DNA of 64,000 nucleotides from an uncultured Alphaproteobacteria bacterium (GTDB lineage Bacteria; Pseudomonadota; Alphaproteobacteria; Rs-D84; CACZYB01): NCBI GenBank assembly GCA_944390685.1, contig CALXQL010000006.1, positions 24,108 to 88,107 of the forward strand, read 5' to 3'. Shown piece by piece: positions 8,707 to 18,153 of this stretch (position 1 is its first letter; each line of letters starts with the position of its first letter). The notes under the pieces were generated by a model. It saw only the letters and a program-made list of their open reading frames with translations, ran no database searches and was not told where the DNA came from. The position numbers and the translations under genes were made by a program.

Positions 8707-9120
8707 TTATTTGTTTGTATTTTCTTCTGAATATTTTAATGACACAAGTCCTTCTTGACATTTTTGTAAAGTGTCAATAATAGTATCCAACTCACTCCAA
8801 CTTGTTCCAGATAAAGTAGTATTTGTAATAGAACCAGCGGTTGCAATACCTGTTGCAACAGAAGCAGTAATTCCCAATGCTCCTTCATCATTTTTACGAA
8901 CACCTGTTATAGTAGCTGCACCAATATTACCAACTGTTCCAACACTTCCAATAACACCTGCTGCAATCATTTTTGATTTCATAGTTTCCAAAACTCTTTC
9001 ATCTAATGATTTACAAGCATTAACTGCAGCCTTTTCATTTTCTGTATAACGAGGAAGTATTTGTGCGTTTGCTCCAAATGATACAAATGTCAACATTAAT
9101 GCATATAATATTTTTTTCAT
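8707..9120 (-). CDS. Secreted protein (137 aa), member of a lineage-specific paralogous family (with 9135..10334 and 49589..50551)
   Basis: Signal peptide MKKILYALMLTFVSFGANAQ, then a Gly/Thr/Ala-rich region, then the conserved module SWSELDTIIDTLQKC. Confidence 0.6.
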   Translation of the reverse strand: MKKILYALMLTFVSFGANAQILPRYTENEKAAVNACKSLDERVLETMKSKMIAAGVIGSVGTVGNIGAATITGVRKNDEGALGITASVATGIATAGSITNTTLSGTSWSELDTIIDTLQKCQEGLVSLKYSEENTNK

Positions 9121-9134
9121 TTTTCTCTCCTATA

Positions 9135-10334
9135 TTAATTTGTTGTTGTATTATCTTCTGTTTCAGTTGAGGAAACATTATCTAATACAGTCATTTCTTG
9201 TAAAGCATTTTCAAGTTCAACACCAGCAATGTGCATTTTATTTGCTGCATTTTTACATCTTTCAATAGCTTTGATAAGAGCATCAAATCTTGAAACAGAT
9301 ACAAAACTACTTATTGCACTTGATAAATTACCTGCCGCACTTACAGTAGATAATGTAACAGAAGCTATTTCACTTCCTGTTAATTTTCTTTGTGCTTCTT
9401 CTGTTGTTGTAGTTGTAGTTTCTCCTTCTGTTGTTGTAGTTGTAGGTTCTACAACAACTGTTTCTGTTGTAGTAGCATCTTCTGTTTCAGTACCATTCAT
9501 TGTTCCTTTTACTTTTGCAACTGATTGTAATGTTGTATCTGCTACACCAGTTCCAGATGCAATACCAGATGATATTGTTGATGCTACAATTGCCTCTTTT
9601 AATTTGTTTAAGCCATCTAATATTTTATCAGTACCATTAGCTTCCATTGCCCCATCTCTTTCAACAACATTTAAATAAGTACAGGCAATATTTGCATTAT
9701 TTTTTAATTTATTATAGTTATTTATTAAATCATCCATATTAGTGTCTTGACCCAATTCTATATTGGTATAGTCATAGGCTGAACTATTTGGTAATACATT
9801 TAAAATAACACTATCAACTTCAGTTTGAGCAACACTTCTCATATCATTGATTGTCATTCTTAATTTACTTCCACAAGTGTTGATTGCACCTTCCTTAGTT
9901 GCAATTGTATAAGTTGCACCTGGTTCTAATGAATAACAATTTCCAGGAACTGCATTACCACCTGTATAAGATTTAAATGTTCCATCTGTAAAAGATGCTT
10001 CTAAAAATATATCATTACATGGTAAGCATAGTTTATAGTATGTATCAACTGTATTGCCATTTCCATCAAGTTTTTTGGTAATAAGTTCAATTCCATTTTC
10101 ACCAACATGCATAAGTGGACTTAATTTTATTGATCTTTTTTCAATCACGGTAACAGTTGGATTTTTGAATATTTTTTGATTATATCCAGATACTAAACCA
10201 GAATTGATTGAACGAGAAGCTTGTCTTTGTGTATTGGATCTTGCTCTATTTCTACTTTGAGCATTAACAGGAAGGCTTTGTAAAGCCAATAACATTGACA
10301 AAGTCAATAAACTTATTTTTTTAGAATTTTGCAT
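9135..10334 (-). CDS. Secreted protein (399 aa) with a Thr/Glu-rich low-complexity linker, same paralogous family
   Basis: Signal peptide MQNSKKISLLTLSMLLALQSLPVNAQ. TTETVVVEPTTTTTEGETTTTTTEEA linker. C-terminal module SVSRFDALIKAIERCKNA matches the family motif. Confidence 0.6.
   Translation of the reverse strand: MQNSKKISLLTLSMLLALQSLPVNAQSRNRARSNTQRQASRSINSGLVSGYNQKIFKNPTVTVIEKRSIKLSPLMHVGENGIELITKKLDGNGNTVDTYYKLCLPCNDIFLEASFTDGTFKSYTGGNAVPGNCYSLEPGATYTIATKEGAINTCGSKLRMTINDMRSVAQTEVDSVILNVLPNSSAYDYTNIELGQDTNMDDLINNYNKLKNNANIACTYLNVVERDGAMEANGTDKILDGLNKLKEAIVASTISSGIASGTGVADTTLQSVAKVKGTMNGTETEDATTTETVVVEPTTTTTEGETTTTTTEEAQRKLTGSEIASVTLSTVSAAGNLSSAISSFVSVSRFDALIKAIERCKNAANKMHIAGVELENALQEMTVLDNVSSTETEDNTTTN
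9397..9480. repeat. Low-complexity tgttgtagt-type nucleotide repeats encoding the Thr/Glu linker
   Basis: The imperfectly repeated run tgttgttgtagttgtagtttctccttctgttgttgtagttgtagg lies inside the 399-aa gene. Confidence 0.5.
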
Positions 10335-10407
10335 AATTCTCTCCTTGTTTTTTTACATATCGTTTTTATAATACCATATTTTTTAGACATAAACAACAAG
10401 AAAATTA

Positions 10408-10436
10408 AAAAACCCCTCATAAAAGAGAGGTTTTAA
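10408..10436 (-). terminator. Rho-independent terminator-like hairpin downstream of hupB
   Basis: aaaacccctc/gagaggtttt stem with a U-run on the minus-strand RNA. Confidence 0.4.
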
Positions 10437-10452
10437 ACATATTATTTGAAAC

Positions 10453-10728
10453 TTATTTGTTGATAGCTTCTTTTAATGTTTTACCTGCTTTAAATTTTGG
10501 TTGTTTTGATGCAGGTATTTTAATTTCTTCACCAGTTCTTGGGTTATGACCTTTTGTTGCTTTTCTTTTTGATACAGCAAAAGTTCCAAAACCTATTAAA
10601 CGAACTTCTTCACCTTTTTTCAATGCTTTTGTGATAACATTTACGAAACTATCTAAAACTTCACCAACTTTTACTTTTGAAAGTTCAGTTGAATCTGCAA
10701 TTGCATTTATTAAATCATTTTTATTCAT
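10453..10728 (-). CDS. hupB: DNA-binding protein HU
   Basis: 91 aa. Has MNKNDLINAIA...GFGTF...R.ATKGHNPRTGEEIKIPA, the canonical HU/IHF arm. Confidence 0.85.
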   Translation of the reverse strand: MNKNDLINAIADSTELSKVKVGEVLDSFVNVITKALKKGEEVRLIGFGTFAVSKRKATKGHNPRTGEEIKIPASKQPKFKAGKTLKEAINK

Positions 10729-10871
10729 AATTATCTCCTTTTTTACCTTTTAACATGTAGTGTTCTTAACACTCAATTTGATTCTAACTATTAAATTCCT
10801 TATAAGTCAACAAAAAATCTTAATTTTTTTTATTTTTTTTACTTTTTTGACTGAAATTATATATTTTGTCC

Positions 10872-11534
10872 CTAATATAACCCTTTTATCACTTGATTTT
10901 GTGTATTTTTTTGGTTCACTTCAAACAAATATACTGATTCTTTATCCACTGCCCCCTTTGTATCAGCTGTGCAACGATATAAACCTTTATCTGGTTCACG
11001 ACAATCTACATAAATTTCACTATTTTTTATATCTTCCAAAGTTACCCTATTTGTTGCAATATCCAAAAATACCTCAGCAAATGATAGCATAGTTATTCCT
11101 ATAATCATCATTCCTATATGAGTCCATTTCATATCGTCTTCATATATTGCCTTTACCAATATCCACAATAACATAAATACTGCAGCAACATATAATAAAC
11201 GTCTAAATTGTTTAAATACTTTTTCAACAGCATAAACAAATTTTTCCCATGGACCAAGTGGTGATGCATCCAATTCTATATCATTTACAGAGCACATATA
11301 TACTATTTCCGATTTTATAGCAGAAGTTTTTTTGCTTCGCATATCACGTGTAAATTGTTGTGCCACTTTTAAAACTCCAGGACAACCTACTGATATTCTC
11401 TCAAGAGCATCTTGGGAAAAAGTAAAACCATTTCCTCTTGCGGATACACGACGTGCTGTTCTTGTTTGTGAAAAAGATATATTATTTAATCCAATCATAA
11501 ATATTATAAATAAAAATAGTATTTTTTTCATCAT
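10872..11534 (-). CDS. Hypothetical membrane/secreted protein (220 aa)
   Basis: N-terminal signal/TM segment MMKKILFLFIIFMIGL plus two internal hydrophobic helices. No family motif. Confidence 0.45.
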   Translation of the reverse strand: MMKKILFLFIIFMIGLNNISFSQTRTARRVSARGNGFTFSQDALERISVGCPGVLKVAQQFTRDMRSKKTSAIKSEIVYMCSVNDIELDASPLGPWEKFVYAVEKVFKQFRRLLYVAAVFMLLWILVKAIYEDDMKWTHIGMMIIGITMLSFAEVFLDIATNRVTLEDIKNSEIYVDCREPDKGLYRCTADTKGAVDKESVYLFEVNQKNTQNQVIKGLY

Positions 11535-11585
11535 TTAATTTCTCCTATTTTATCATAGCAGATTTTATCTACTCTTTCAATTTTT

Positions 11586-12767
11586 TTATTCTTCAATATT
11601 TAATAAGTAATTTTTATTATCCAATTTTATTTCTTTTATAGTTTTGGCCCCTTTATCCTTTAAATCTTCGGCAATAGAAATGGCGGAACCTCTTCCATCT
11701 GATAATTGTTTAAAGGCTGTATCATAAGCTTCCCTTGCTGTTGATATACCTTTATCTATTTTTTTCATATTTTCAATAAAGCTTGCCAATTTATCATATA
11801 ATTTTCCAGCTTGTTGTGCTATGATTGCAGAATTTTGATTTTGTTTTTCAATATTCCATAGATTCCTTATAGTTCTTAATATAGGTAAAATTGATGATGG
11901 GGTTGTTATTGCAACATTTGATTTATATGCCGTATCATAAATATTATTGTCGTATTTTAAAGCCTCTATATATGCTTGTTCATTAGGTATAAACATAAAT
12001 ACAAAATCAATATCAGATAAGTATTTTTGATACTCTTTTTTGGATAGTTCTTGTATATGTCTTTTTATTGATTCAGTATGTTGTTTTAAGTATTGTTTTC
12101 TTTTTTCCTCATCTTCCTCCCTTACATAATCTATATAATTAGTAATGGATACCTTTGAATCAACTATCAATTTTTTTCCATTTGGAAGGTGTATCACACA
12201 ATCAGGGCGAATATTTCGGCCTTCTTCATTTTTATCATTAAATTGCATGTTATAGTCTATACCATCTATAAAACCTGCAACACTTAATATTGTTTTTAAT
12301 TGATGTTCCCCCCAATCTCCTTGTAATTTTGTATTACCTTTTAAAGCATTAGTTAAATCATCTGCATTTTTTGATAAATTTGCATTAAGACGTTTTAAAT
12401 CCTCTAACTCCCTATGTAATGCTCCTTTATCATTTGCATTTATTATATTGGTTTTTTCAATCAATTCTTTGAAATCCCTTATTTGCATTTGAAACGGATT
12501 TAAGAGAGTAGAAAGTGATGCTCGTTGTTCCTTATCAAAATCATCTTTTTGCATCTTTATCACTTTATTTGATATGTTTTCAAATTCTTTTACAAATAAA
12601 TCCTTTATTTTCATATTATCTGCTTCTTTACTCTTATAAAATGCCATTTCTTTATCAAGAGTGATTTTTAATTCGTAATTACGGCGTGATAATTTTTGGT
12701 TTTGTAGCAATAAATATACTATCAACATAAATAAAACTGCTATTATTATTATAAAAACTATTGTCAT
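11586..12767 (-). CDS. rmuC: DNA recombination protein RmuC
   Basis: 393 aa. N-terminal TM helix, long coiled coil, and a RmuC nuclease-like core (GDWGEHQLKTIL, VIHLPNGKKLIVDSK). Confidence 0.8.
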   Translation of the reverse strand: MTIVFIIIIAVLFMLIVYLLLQNQKLSRRNYELKITLDKEMAFYKSKEADNMKIKDLFVKEFENISNKVIKMQKDDFDKEQRASLSTLLNPFQMQIRDFKELIEKTNIINANDKGALHRELEDLKRLNANLSKNADDLTNALKGNTKLQGDWGEHQLKTILSVAGFIDGIDYNMQFNDKNEEGRNIRPDCVIHLPNGKKLIVDSKVSITNYIDYVREEDEEKRKQYLKQHTESIKRHIQELSKKEYQKYLSDIDFVFMFIPNEQAYIEALKYDNNIYDTAYKSNVAITTPSSILPILRTIRNLWNIEKQNQNSAIIAQQAGKLYDKLASFIENMKKIDKGISTAREAYDTAFKQLSDGRGSAISIAEDLKDKGAKTIKEIKLDNKNYLLNIEE

Positions 12768-12826
12768 TTTACTTAAAGCCTCTTATATTATATATTATCA
12801 AGTATAATAACAGAAAGATTTTTAAA

Positions 12827-13360
12827 ATGGAAGATGTAAAAAATATTAGTTTGATTATTGAACCAGATCCAAGATTAAGACAACCTACACAAAAAGTTGA
12901 TGAGGTTTCTCCTAAACTTCTTGAAGTCTTTAATTCTATGGCAAAAATCATGGAACAATTTGATGGAATAGGTCTTGCCGGACCTCAAGTAGGTTTACTT
13001 AAAAAAATTATTATTATTGATGTGGAAACAATTGCAAGGGAAGAAGGAAAAGAACTTCCAAAAAAACGTTATTTAAAAATTATAAACCCTTTAATAATTT
13101 CTACTTCAAAAGAAGTTTGTATGATGGAGGAAGGTTGTCTTTCCGTGCCTACCATTTATTATGAAATTGAAAGACCAAAAACTATCAAAGTATCTTTTAT
13201 GGATGAAAATGGTGATAATATAGAATTGGAAGCAGATGGTCTTCTTGCAAGGTGCATTGAGCATGAAATTGATCATTTAAATGGTAAACTTTTTATTGAT
13301 TATTTAAGCCCTCTTAAAAAAAGAATGGTGATTAACAAACTTAAAAAGATGAAAGTCTAG
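12827..13360 (+). CDS. def: Peptide deformylase
   Basis: GLAGPQVG, EGCLS and HEIDHLNG motifs. The start is placed at the internal Met (MEDVKN) that matches PDF N-termini. The ORF-track start at 12761 gives an atypical extension. Confidence 0.9.
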   Translation: MEDVKNISLIIEPDPRLRQPTQKVDEVSPKLLEVFNSMAKIMEQFDGIGLAGPQVGLLKKIIIIDVETIAREEGKELPKKRYLKIINPLIISTSKEVCMMEEGCLSVPTIYYEIERPKTIKVSFMDENGDNIELEADGLLARCIEHEIDHLNGKLFIDYLSPLKKRMVINKLKKMKV

Positions 13361-13361
13361 T

Positions 13362-14291
13362 ATGCAAAAATTTAATATAGTTTTTATGGGAACTCCTGAG
13401 TTTTCTATACCTACCCTTGATTATTTAATTAAAAATCATAATGTTTTAGCCGTATATACAAAGGAACCTAAACCTCAAGGTAGAAAAATGGTTTTGACTA
13501 AATCTCCTATACATATCATGGCAGAACAACATAATATTCCTGTATTTACCCCAAAAAATTTTAAAAATATTGAGGATGTAGAAAAACTTAAATCTTTTAA
13601 CCCAGATTTCATTATTGTCATAGCTTATGGCCTTATTCTTCCTAAAAGTGTATTAGATATACCATCTATTGATTGTATCAATATTCATGCTTCTATACTT
13701 CCTAAATATAGGGGGGCTAATCCTATTCAAAGGGCTGTTTTAATGGGTGAAAAGAAAACAGGTATTACCATTATGAAAATGGATGTTGGTATGGATACAG
13801 GTGATATGTTATATAAAAAAGAAATTGATATTGATGATAATATTACCTATGGACAATTAGAACAAAAAATGTCTTTTTTATCTGTTGAAGCTTTAGATTA
13901 TTATTTTAATAATATGAATACATTATCCCCTATAAAACAAGGTGATGATTTTTCTTTGGCTTTAAAACTTCAAAAAGATGAAATGTTAATAGATTTTTCT
14001 AAAGAACCTTTTCAAATTTATAATTTAATAAGGGCTTTAATGCCTTATCCAAAGGCTTTTTTTACACATAATAATAATATAATTAAAGTTTTGGAAGCTA
14101 AAATTATAGATGAAAATACTTCATTTAATAATGGAACCATCATTTCAAAGGATTTTAAAATTGCCTGTGGTAATGGAAAAGTCATTCAATTCATAAAACT
14201 TCAAAAAGCAGGTGGAAATCCAATGCAATTAAAAGATTTCCTTAATGGTTATAAGATTGAAATTGGACAAGTATTAAATAAAAATGGCTAA
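13362..14291 (+). CDS. fmt: Methionyl-tRNA formyltransferase
   Basis: 309 aa. Has MGTPEFSIPTL and IIVIAYGLILP. Conserved def-fmt adjacency. Confidence 0.9.
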   Translation: MQKFNIVFMGTPEFSIPTLDYLIKNHNVLAVYTKEPKPQGRKMVLTKSPIHIMAEQHNIPVFTPKNFKNIEDVEKLKSFNPDFIIVIAYGLILPKSVLDIPSIDCINIHASILPKYRGANPIQRAVLMGEKKTGITIMKMDVGMDTGDMLYKKEIDIDDNITYGQLEQKMSFLSVEALDYYFNNMNTLSPIKQGDDFSLALKLQKDEMLIDFSKEPFQIYNLIRALMPYPKAFFTHNNNIIKVLEAKIIDENTSFNNGTIISKDFKIACGNGKVIQFIKLQKAGGNPMQLKDFLNGYKIEIGQVLNKNG

Positions 14292-15027
14292 TTATAAACT
14301 TTTAATAGAATATGTTGGAACTAAATATTCCGGTTGGCAAATACAGGATAGCGCTCCTTCTATACAAGGGGCTATTGAACAAGCCGTATTTGATTTTTGT
14401 GGGGAAAAAGTTGAATGTTATTCCGCCGGTAGAACAGATGCTGGTGTGCATGCAATTGCTATGCCTGCTCATATAAAAACATCTAAAGAATATGATATAT
14501 ATAAAATTTTAATGGGGCTTAATTTTCATCTTTTGAAAAACAATCATGATATTTCAATTATAAATGTTGAAAAAGTAGATGATGATTTTCATGCAAGATT
14601 TTCTTGTCAAAAACGTTTCTATATTTACAAAATTTTAAATAGACCTATAAGACCCGTTATTGAAAAAGATAGGGTTTGGTGGGTATATAAACCTCTTGAT
14701 TGGAAATTGATGCATGATGTGGCTCAAAACCTTTTGGGAAAACATGATTTTTCTTCGTTTAGGGCTAGTGAATGTCAGGCTATTTCTCCAATTAAAACTT
14801 TGGATTATATTGGTATAAATAAAATTGGGGATATTATTCAAATAAATGTTAATGCTAAATCTTTCCTTCATCATCAAGTAAGAAATATTGTTGGAACACT
14901 TGAATTAGTTGGTGAAGGTAAAATTTCAAATCAAGATTTTATTGATATTTTGGAAGCTAAAGATAGAAAAATGGCTGGACCTACTGCTCCGGCTTGTGGA
15001 CTTTATTTTGAAAAGGCTTTGTATTAA
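14284..15027 (+). CDS. truA: tRNA pseudouridine(38-40) synthase
   Basis: 247 aa with AGRTDAGVHA, the catalytic Asp motif. Confidence 0.9.
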   Translation: MANYKLLIEYVGTKYSGWQIQDSAPSIQGAIEQAVFDFCGEKVECYSAGRTDAGVHAIAMPAHIKTSKEYDIYKILMGLNFHLLKNNHDISIINVEKVDDDFHARFSCQKRFYIYKILNRPIRPVIEKDRVWWVYKPLDWKLMHDVAQNLLGKHDFSSFRASECQAISPIKTLDYIGINKIGDIIQINVNAKSFLHHQVRNIVGTLELVGEGKISNQDFIDILEAKDRKMAGPTAPACGLYFEKALY

Positions 15028-15028
15028 A

Positions 15029-15292
15029 ATGGCTATACAAATATTAAAAGTTCATATTTGTCCCAATGCGAAAAAAGAAGAAATTCTTGGACTTTATAAT
15101 AATGAATATTTAAAAATATCTGTTATGGCTCAACCTATTGATGGCAAAGCTAATAAAGCTTTAATCAATTTATTGGCAAAAAAATTACATATTGCAAAAT
15201 CAAATATTACTATTGTAAAAGGTGAAAATTCACGAGATAAAATCTTAAATATTGATATGAATGAAACAATTGATTTTAAAAATTTAATTTAA
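15029..15292 (+). CDS. yggU: DUF167/YggU-family protein
   Basis: Has HICPNAKKEEILG...AQPIDGKANKALINLLAKKL...IVKGENSRDK, matching the YggU pattern. Start reset to the ATG at 15029, right after the truA stop. Confidence 0.7.
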   Translation: MAIQILKVHICPNAKKEEILGLYNNEYLKISVMAQPIDGKANKALINLLAKKLHIAKSNITIVKGENSRDKILNIDMNETIDFKNLI

Positions 15293-15296
15293 AAAA

Positions 15297-15320
15297 AATC
15301 CCCCATTGAAGGGGGAATAT
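15297..15320. terminator. Bidirectional terminator-like hairpin between yggU and rplI
   Basis: tccccc-attgaa-ggggga hairpin with A/T runs on both sides. Confidence 0.4.
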
Positions 15321-15338
15321 TTTATTTGAAGATACAGA

Positions 15339-15938
15339 TTATGCTTCAGCTTTTGTTTCTGCTTCTGTATTTTCTTTAGTTTGTTCTTCAACTTTTTCAG
15401 CTTCTGCTTCGGCTTTTGCCTTTGCTTTTGCTTTTTTAGCTTCAGCTTTTTTCTTTTCTTCTTCAAGTTTTGTTTCGGCAACTTTTGCTTCTTCTTCAGA
15501 TCTTGCTACATTTATTTTTACAAATTCAACAACTTCTGGATGAAGAGCGATTTTAACTTCATAAATGCCAAGTTCTTTAATTGGTGTATCTATTGTAATT
15601 TTGGTATAATCAATATTTGCACCATTTTCCTTTAAAACATTTGCCAAATCTCTTGTTGATACGGAACCATAAAGATGACCGGTATCACCTGCTTGTCTTA
15701 TTACTATAAAGGTTTTTCCCTTTATTTTATCAGCAATAAGTTGTGCAGAAGTTCTTGCTGCATCATTTTTTGCTTGAAGATCAGCTTTTTGTTTTTCAAA
15801 CATTTCAAGGTTTGCTTTTGTTACCCTTAATGCTTTTTTAGATGGGATTAAGAAATTTCTTGCATATCCATCTTTTACCTTTACTACATCACCAAGATGT
15901 CCAAGTTTTCCAACTTTTTCCAATAAAATTACTTCCAT
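15339..15938 (-). CDS. rplI: 50S ribosomal protein L9 with a Lys/Ala/Glu-rich C-terminal extension
   Basis: MEVILLEKVGKLGHLGDVVKVKDGYARNFLIP is the L9 N-domain. The C-terminal roughly 50 aa, AKVAETKLEEEKKKAEAKKAKAKAKAEAEAEKVEEQ, is low complexity. Confidence 0.9.
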   Translation of the reverse strand: MEVILLEKVGKLGHLGDVVKVKDGYARNFLIPSKKALRVTKANLEMFEKQKADLQAKNDAARTSAQLIADKIKGKTFIVIRQAGDTGHLYGSVSTRDLANVLKENGANIDYTKITIDTPIKELGIYEVKIALHPEVVEFVKINVARSEEEAKVAETKLEEEKKKAEAKKAKAKAKAEAEAEKVEEQTKENTEAETKAEA

Positions 15939-15949
15939 TTCTTTACTCC

Positions 15950-16174
15950 TTATTCGTTATTTGCAACATATGGCAATAATGCGATATAGCGTGCTCTTTT
16001 TATTGCATTTGCAAGTTTTCTTTGGTTAAGGGAAGATGTTCCGGAAATTCTTCTTGGAACAATTTTACCACGTTCTGTTATGAATTTTTTTAGGAATTTA
16101 ACATCCTTGTAATCAATTTCAACATTTTTTAGTGGATCAGTTTTCTTTCTTAATACTTTTTCTGTCATTGCCAT
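15950..16174 (-). CDS. rpsR: 30S ribosomal protein S18
   Basis: 74 aa with [26 protein letters not shown]. Confidence 0.9.
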   Translation of the reverse strand: MAMTEKVLRKKTDPLKNVEIDYKDVKFLKKFITERGKIVPRRISGTSSLNQRKLANAIKRARYIALLPYVANNE

Positions 16175-16176
16175 TT

Positions 16177-16521
16177 TTATTTCCTTTCATCTTTTGTTTC
16201 TTTTTGTGAAAGAATTGCAGATGGACCTTCACTTGCGTGGGCTAATTTTATAGTCATAAATCTTAAAACATTTTCATTTATGCTCATTTTTCTTTCAAAC
16301 TCTGCAATTGCAGATGCAGGTGATTCGGTTTCAAATAGAACATAATGACCTTTTTTATTTTTTTTGATTTTATATGCAAGTGTTCTTAAACCCCAATTTT
16401 CTTCTTTTATCATTTTTCCTTTATTGGAGGTGATTATTTCCTTAAAACCATTGGATAATTCCTCAACTTGTTGTTGAGTTAAATCCTGTCTTAATATGAA
16501 TACAGTTTCATAAAATGCCAT
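16177..16521 (-). CDS. rpsF: 30S ribosomal protein S6
   Basis: [14 protein letters not shown] matches S6 N-termini (MRHYE...). Start reset from the ORF-track Met at 16542 to 16521. Confidence 0.85.
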   Translation of the reverse strand: MAFYETVFILRQDLTQQQVEELSNGFKEIITSNKGKMIKEENWGLRTLAYKIKKNKKGHYVLFETESPASAIAEFERKMSINENVLRFMTIKLAHASEGPSAILSQKETKDERK

Positions 16522-16629
16522 ATTTATCTCCTTTTGGCTCATTCAAAGGTGTCATTTTTAAATTTTGAAACATTTCAAAATCCTTTGAAATATCCATTTA
16601 ATATTACGATTCGGACGAATCTATTAAAC

Positions 16630-16662
16630 AGAAAGGTGCATCTAATATAATGCACCTTTTTA
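16630..16662 (-). terminator. Rho-independent terminator-like hairpin downstream of the pilin-like gene
   Basis: Perfect 10-bp stem aaaggtgcat/atgcaccttt (16633..16659), followed by a U-rich tract on the minus-strand RNA. Confidence 0.5.
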
Positions 16663-16685
16663 ACAAAATCAAGTTTTTTCTTTAC

Positions 16686-17195
16686 TTATTCTTTTTTAAA
16701 CCAGAAATAAACATCATGATTATCTTGACAATCCTTACTATAGGCATCAACTCCTTCGCTTAATCCTGTAATACTATTAGATTTTACATTTATACCTATT
16801 GTATCTGCCTCTAATGCAGAAGCCAATAAAACACAATGAGCTTTGGATAATTTCATTTTTATACCAAAATATGGTAAAACGAAGATACCTGTACCTCCAG
16901 TTGGAGAATTTTTAGCTGTAATTGTTATTGGTTCACCCCATGGATCGGTTAAATTTATATCTTTATCCTTTATTTTTTCACTTATATCTCCATTTTGTGG
17001 GAAAGGTCTTCCTATATAAAGCATATTTACTTGTTTTGCTATATCCCTTATTTGAGTTTCTGCATTTATTCTTTTTGTTTTTTCAACAGATTCCCCATAT
17101 AATTTTATACTTCCAGTAGTGATTATTATAACCAATGCTAGATATAATATCATTTCAACCATTGAACGGCCAAAATCATTTTTATTTTGTTTCAT
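16686..17195 (-). CDS. Type IV pilin-like (prepilin-type N-terminus) protein
   Basis: MKQNKNDFG/RSMVEMILYLALVIIIT has Gly, then Glu at +5, then a hydrophobic helix, i.e. a class III signal. Arg at +1 is atypical. Confidence 0.5.
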   Translation of the reverse strand: MKQNKNDFGRSMVEMILYLALVIIITTGSIKLYGESVEKTKRINAETQIRDIAKQVNMLYIGRPFPQNGDISEKIKDKDINLTDPWGEPITITAKNSPTGGTGIFVLPYFGIKMKLSKAHCVLLASALEADTIGINVKSNSITGLSEGVDAYSKDCQDNHDVYFWFKKE

Positions 17196-17295
17196 TTTAT
17201 TTCTCCTTTATTTTGTTTTTGATATATTATCATAAAATCGTTTAAATGAAAATAAAATTATTGTCTTTTTCGTTATTTTTTTATATTCTTTTTAT

Positions 17296-18153
17296 ATGAA
17301 TATGAATTTTTATGATAATTTGCCAAGTGTGGCTGAATTCATTGAAAAATATAATCTTAAAGCTTTAAAATCTTTGGGACAGAACTTTATTTTGGATTTA
17401 AACCTTACTGATAAAATTGCAAAGACTATTCCCAATATTCAAGATAGTGTTGTGGTGGAAATTGGTTCGGGTCCGGCTGGACTTACAAGAGCTATACTTA
17501 AAAATAATGTTAAAAAGCTCATTGCTATTGAATTTGATAAAAGAGCTATTGGCATTTTAAATGAATTAAAAGAAACTTATGGTGATAGGCTTGTCATTAT
17601 TGAAAGTGATGCCTTAAAAGTGGATTTCAGAAAATTAAAAAATGAGTATGCAAAAGATTTACCATTCAGGATTTGTTCAAATCTTCCATATAATATTTCT
17701 ATACCTTTAACCATAAATTGGATTTATTGTGCCGATATCATTGATTCTATGACTTTAATGTTTCAATTGGAAGTGGGAAAACGAATCACTTCTGTTCCTA
17801 AAACAAAAGATTATGGTCGTATTTCTATCATTTCTCAATTAAATTTCAAAACCAAAATTTTATTTGAAGTCAGTAGAAATTGTTTTACTCCTCCCCCTAA
17901 AATAACATCATGTATAGTCCAATTTAATAAACTTAATAATATATTAGATATAAAGACTTTGAAAAAAGTTGAAATGGTTGTTAAATATGCTTTTTCTCAA
18001 AGAAGAAAAATGCTTCGTTCCACATTGAAACCTTTATTTAAAAATAGTGAAGAATTATCTTTAGTTTTAAAAAATCTTAAAATCATGGAAACTGCAAGGG
18101 CTGAAGATTTATCACCCAATGATTTTTTAAATATTGCAAATTCAATTTGTTAA
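17296..18153 (+). CDS. rsmA: 16S rRNA (adenine1518-N6/adenine1519-N6)-dimethyltransferase
   Basis: LGQNFILD, VVEIGSGPAGLT and SNLPYNIS motifs. Confidence 0.85.
   Translation: MNMNFYDNLPSVAEFIEKYNLKALKSLGQNFILDLNLTDKIAKTIPNIQDSVVVEIGSGPAGLTRAILKNNVKKLIAIEFDKRAIGILNELKETYGDRLVIIESDALKVDFRKLKNEYAKDLPFRICSNLPYNISIPLTINWIYCADIIDSMTLMFQLEVGKRITSVPKTKDYGRISIISQLNFKTKILFEVSRNCFTPPPKITSCIVQFNKLNNILDIKTLKKVEMVVKYAFSQRRKMLRSTLKPLFKNSEELSLVLKNLKIMETARAEDLSPNDFLNIANSIC

Noticed and set aside
9229-9678. 149-aa ORF on the plus strand (also 8771..9049, 35690..36145, 61922..62398, 62459..62710, 41076..41447, 50255..50666 and similar)
   Set aside because: These are antisense or alternative-frame ORFs embedded in well-supported genes. 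Their low-complexity compositions mirror the opposite-strand repeats, and they have no RBS or motifs.
15284-15635. Poly-Lys ORF (15284..15481, minus) and poly-Phe/Cys ORF (15381..15635, plus)
   Set aside because: Frame artefacts of the Lys/Ala/Glu-coding repeat at the 3' end of rplI.
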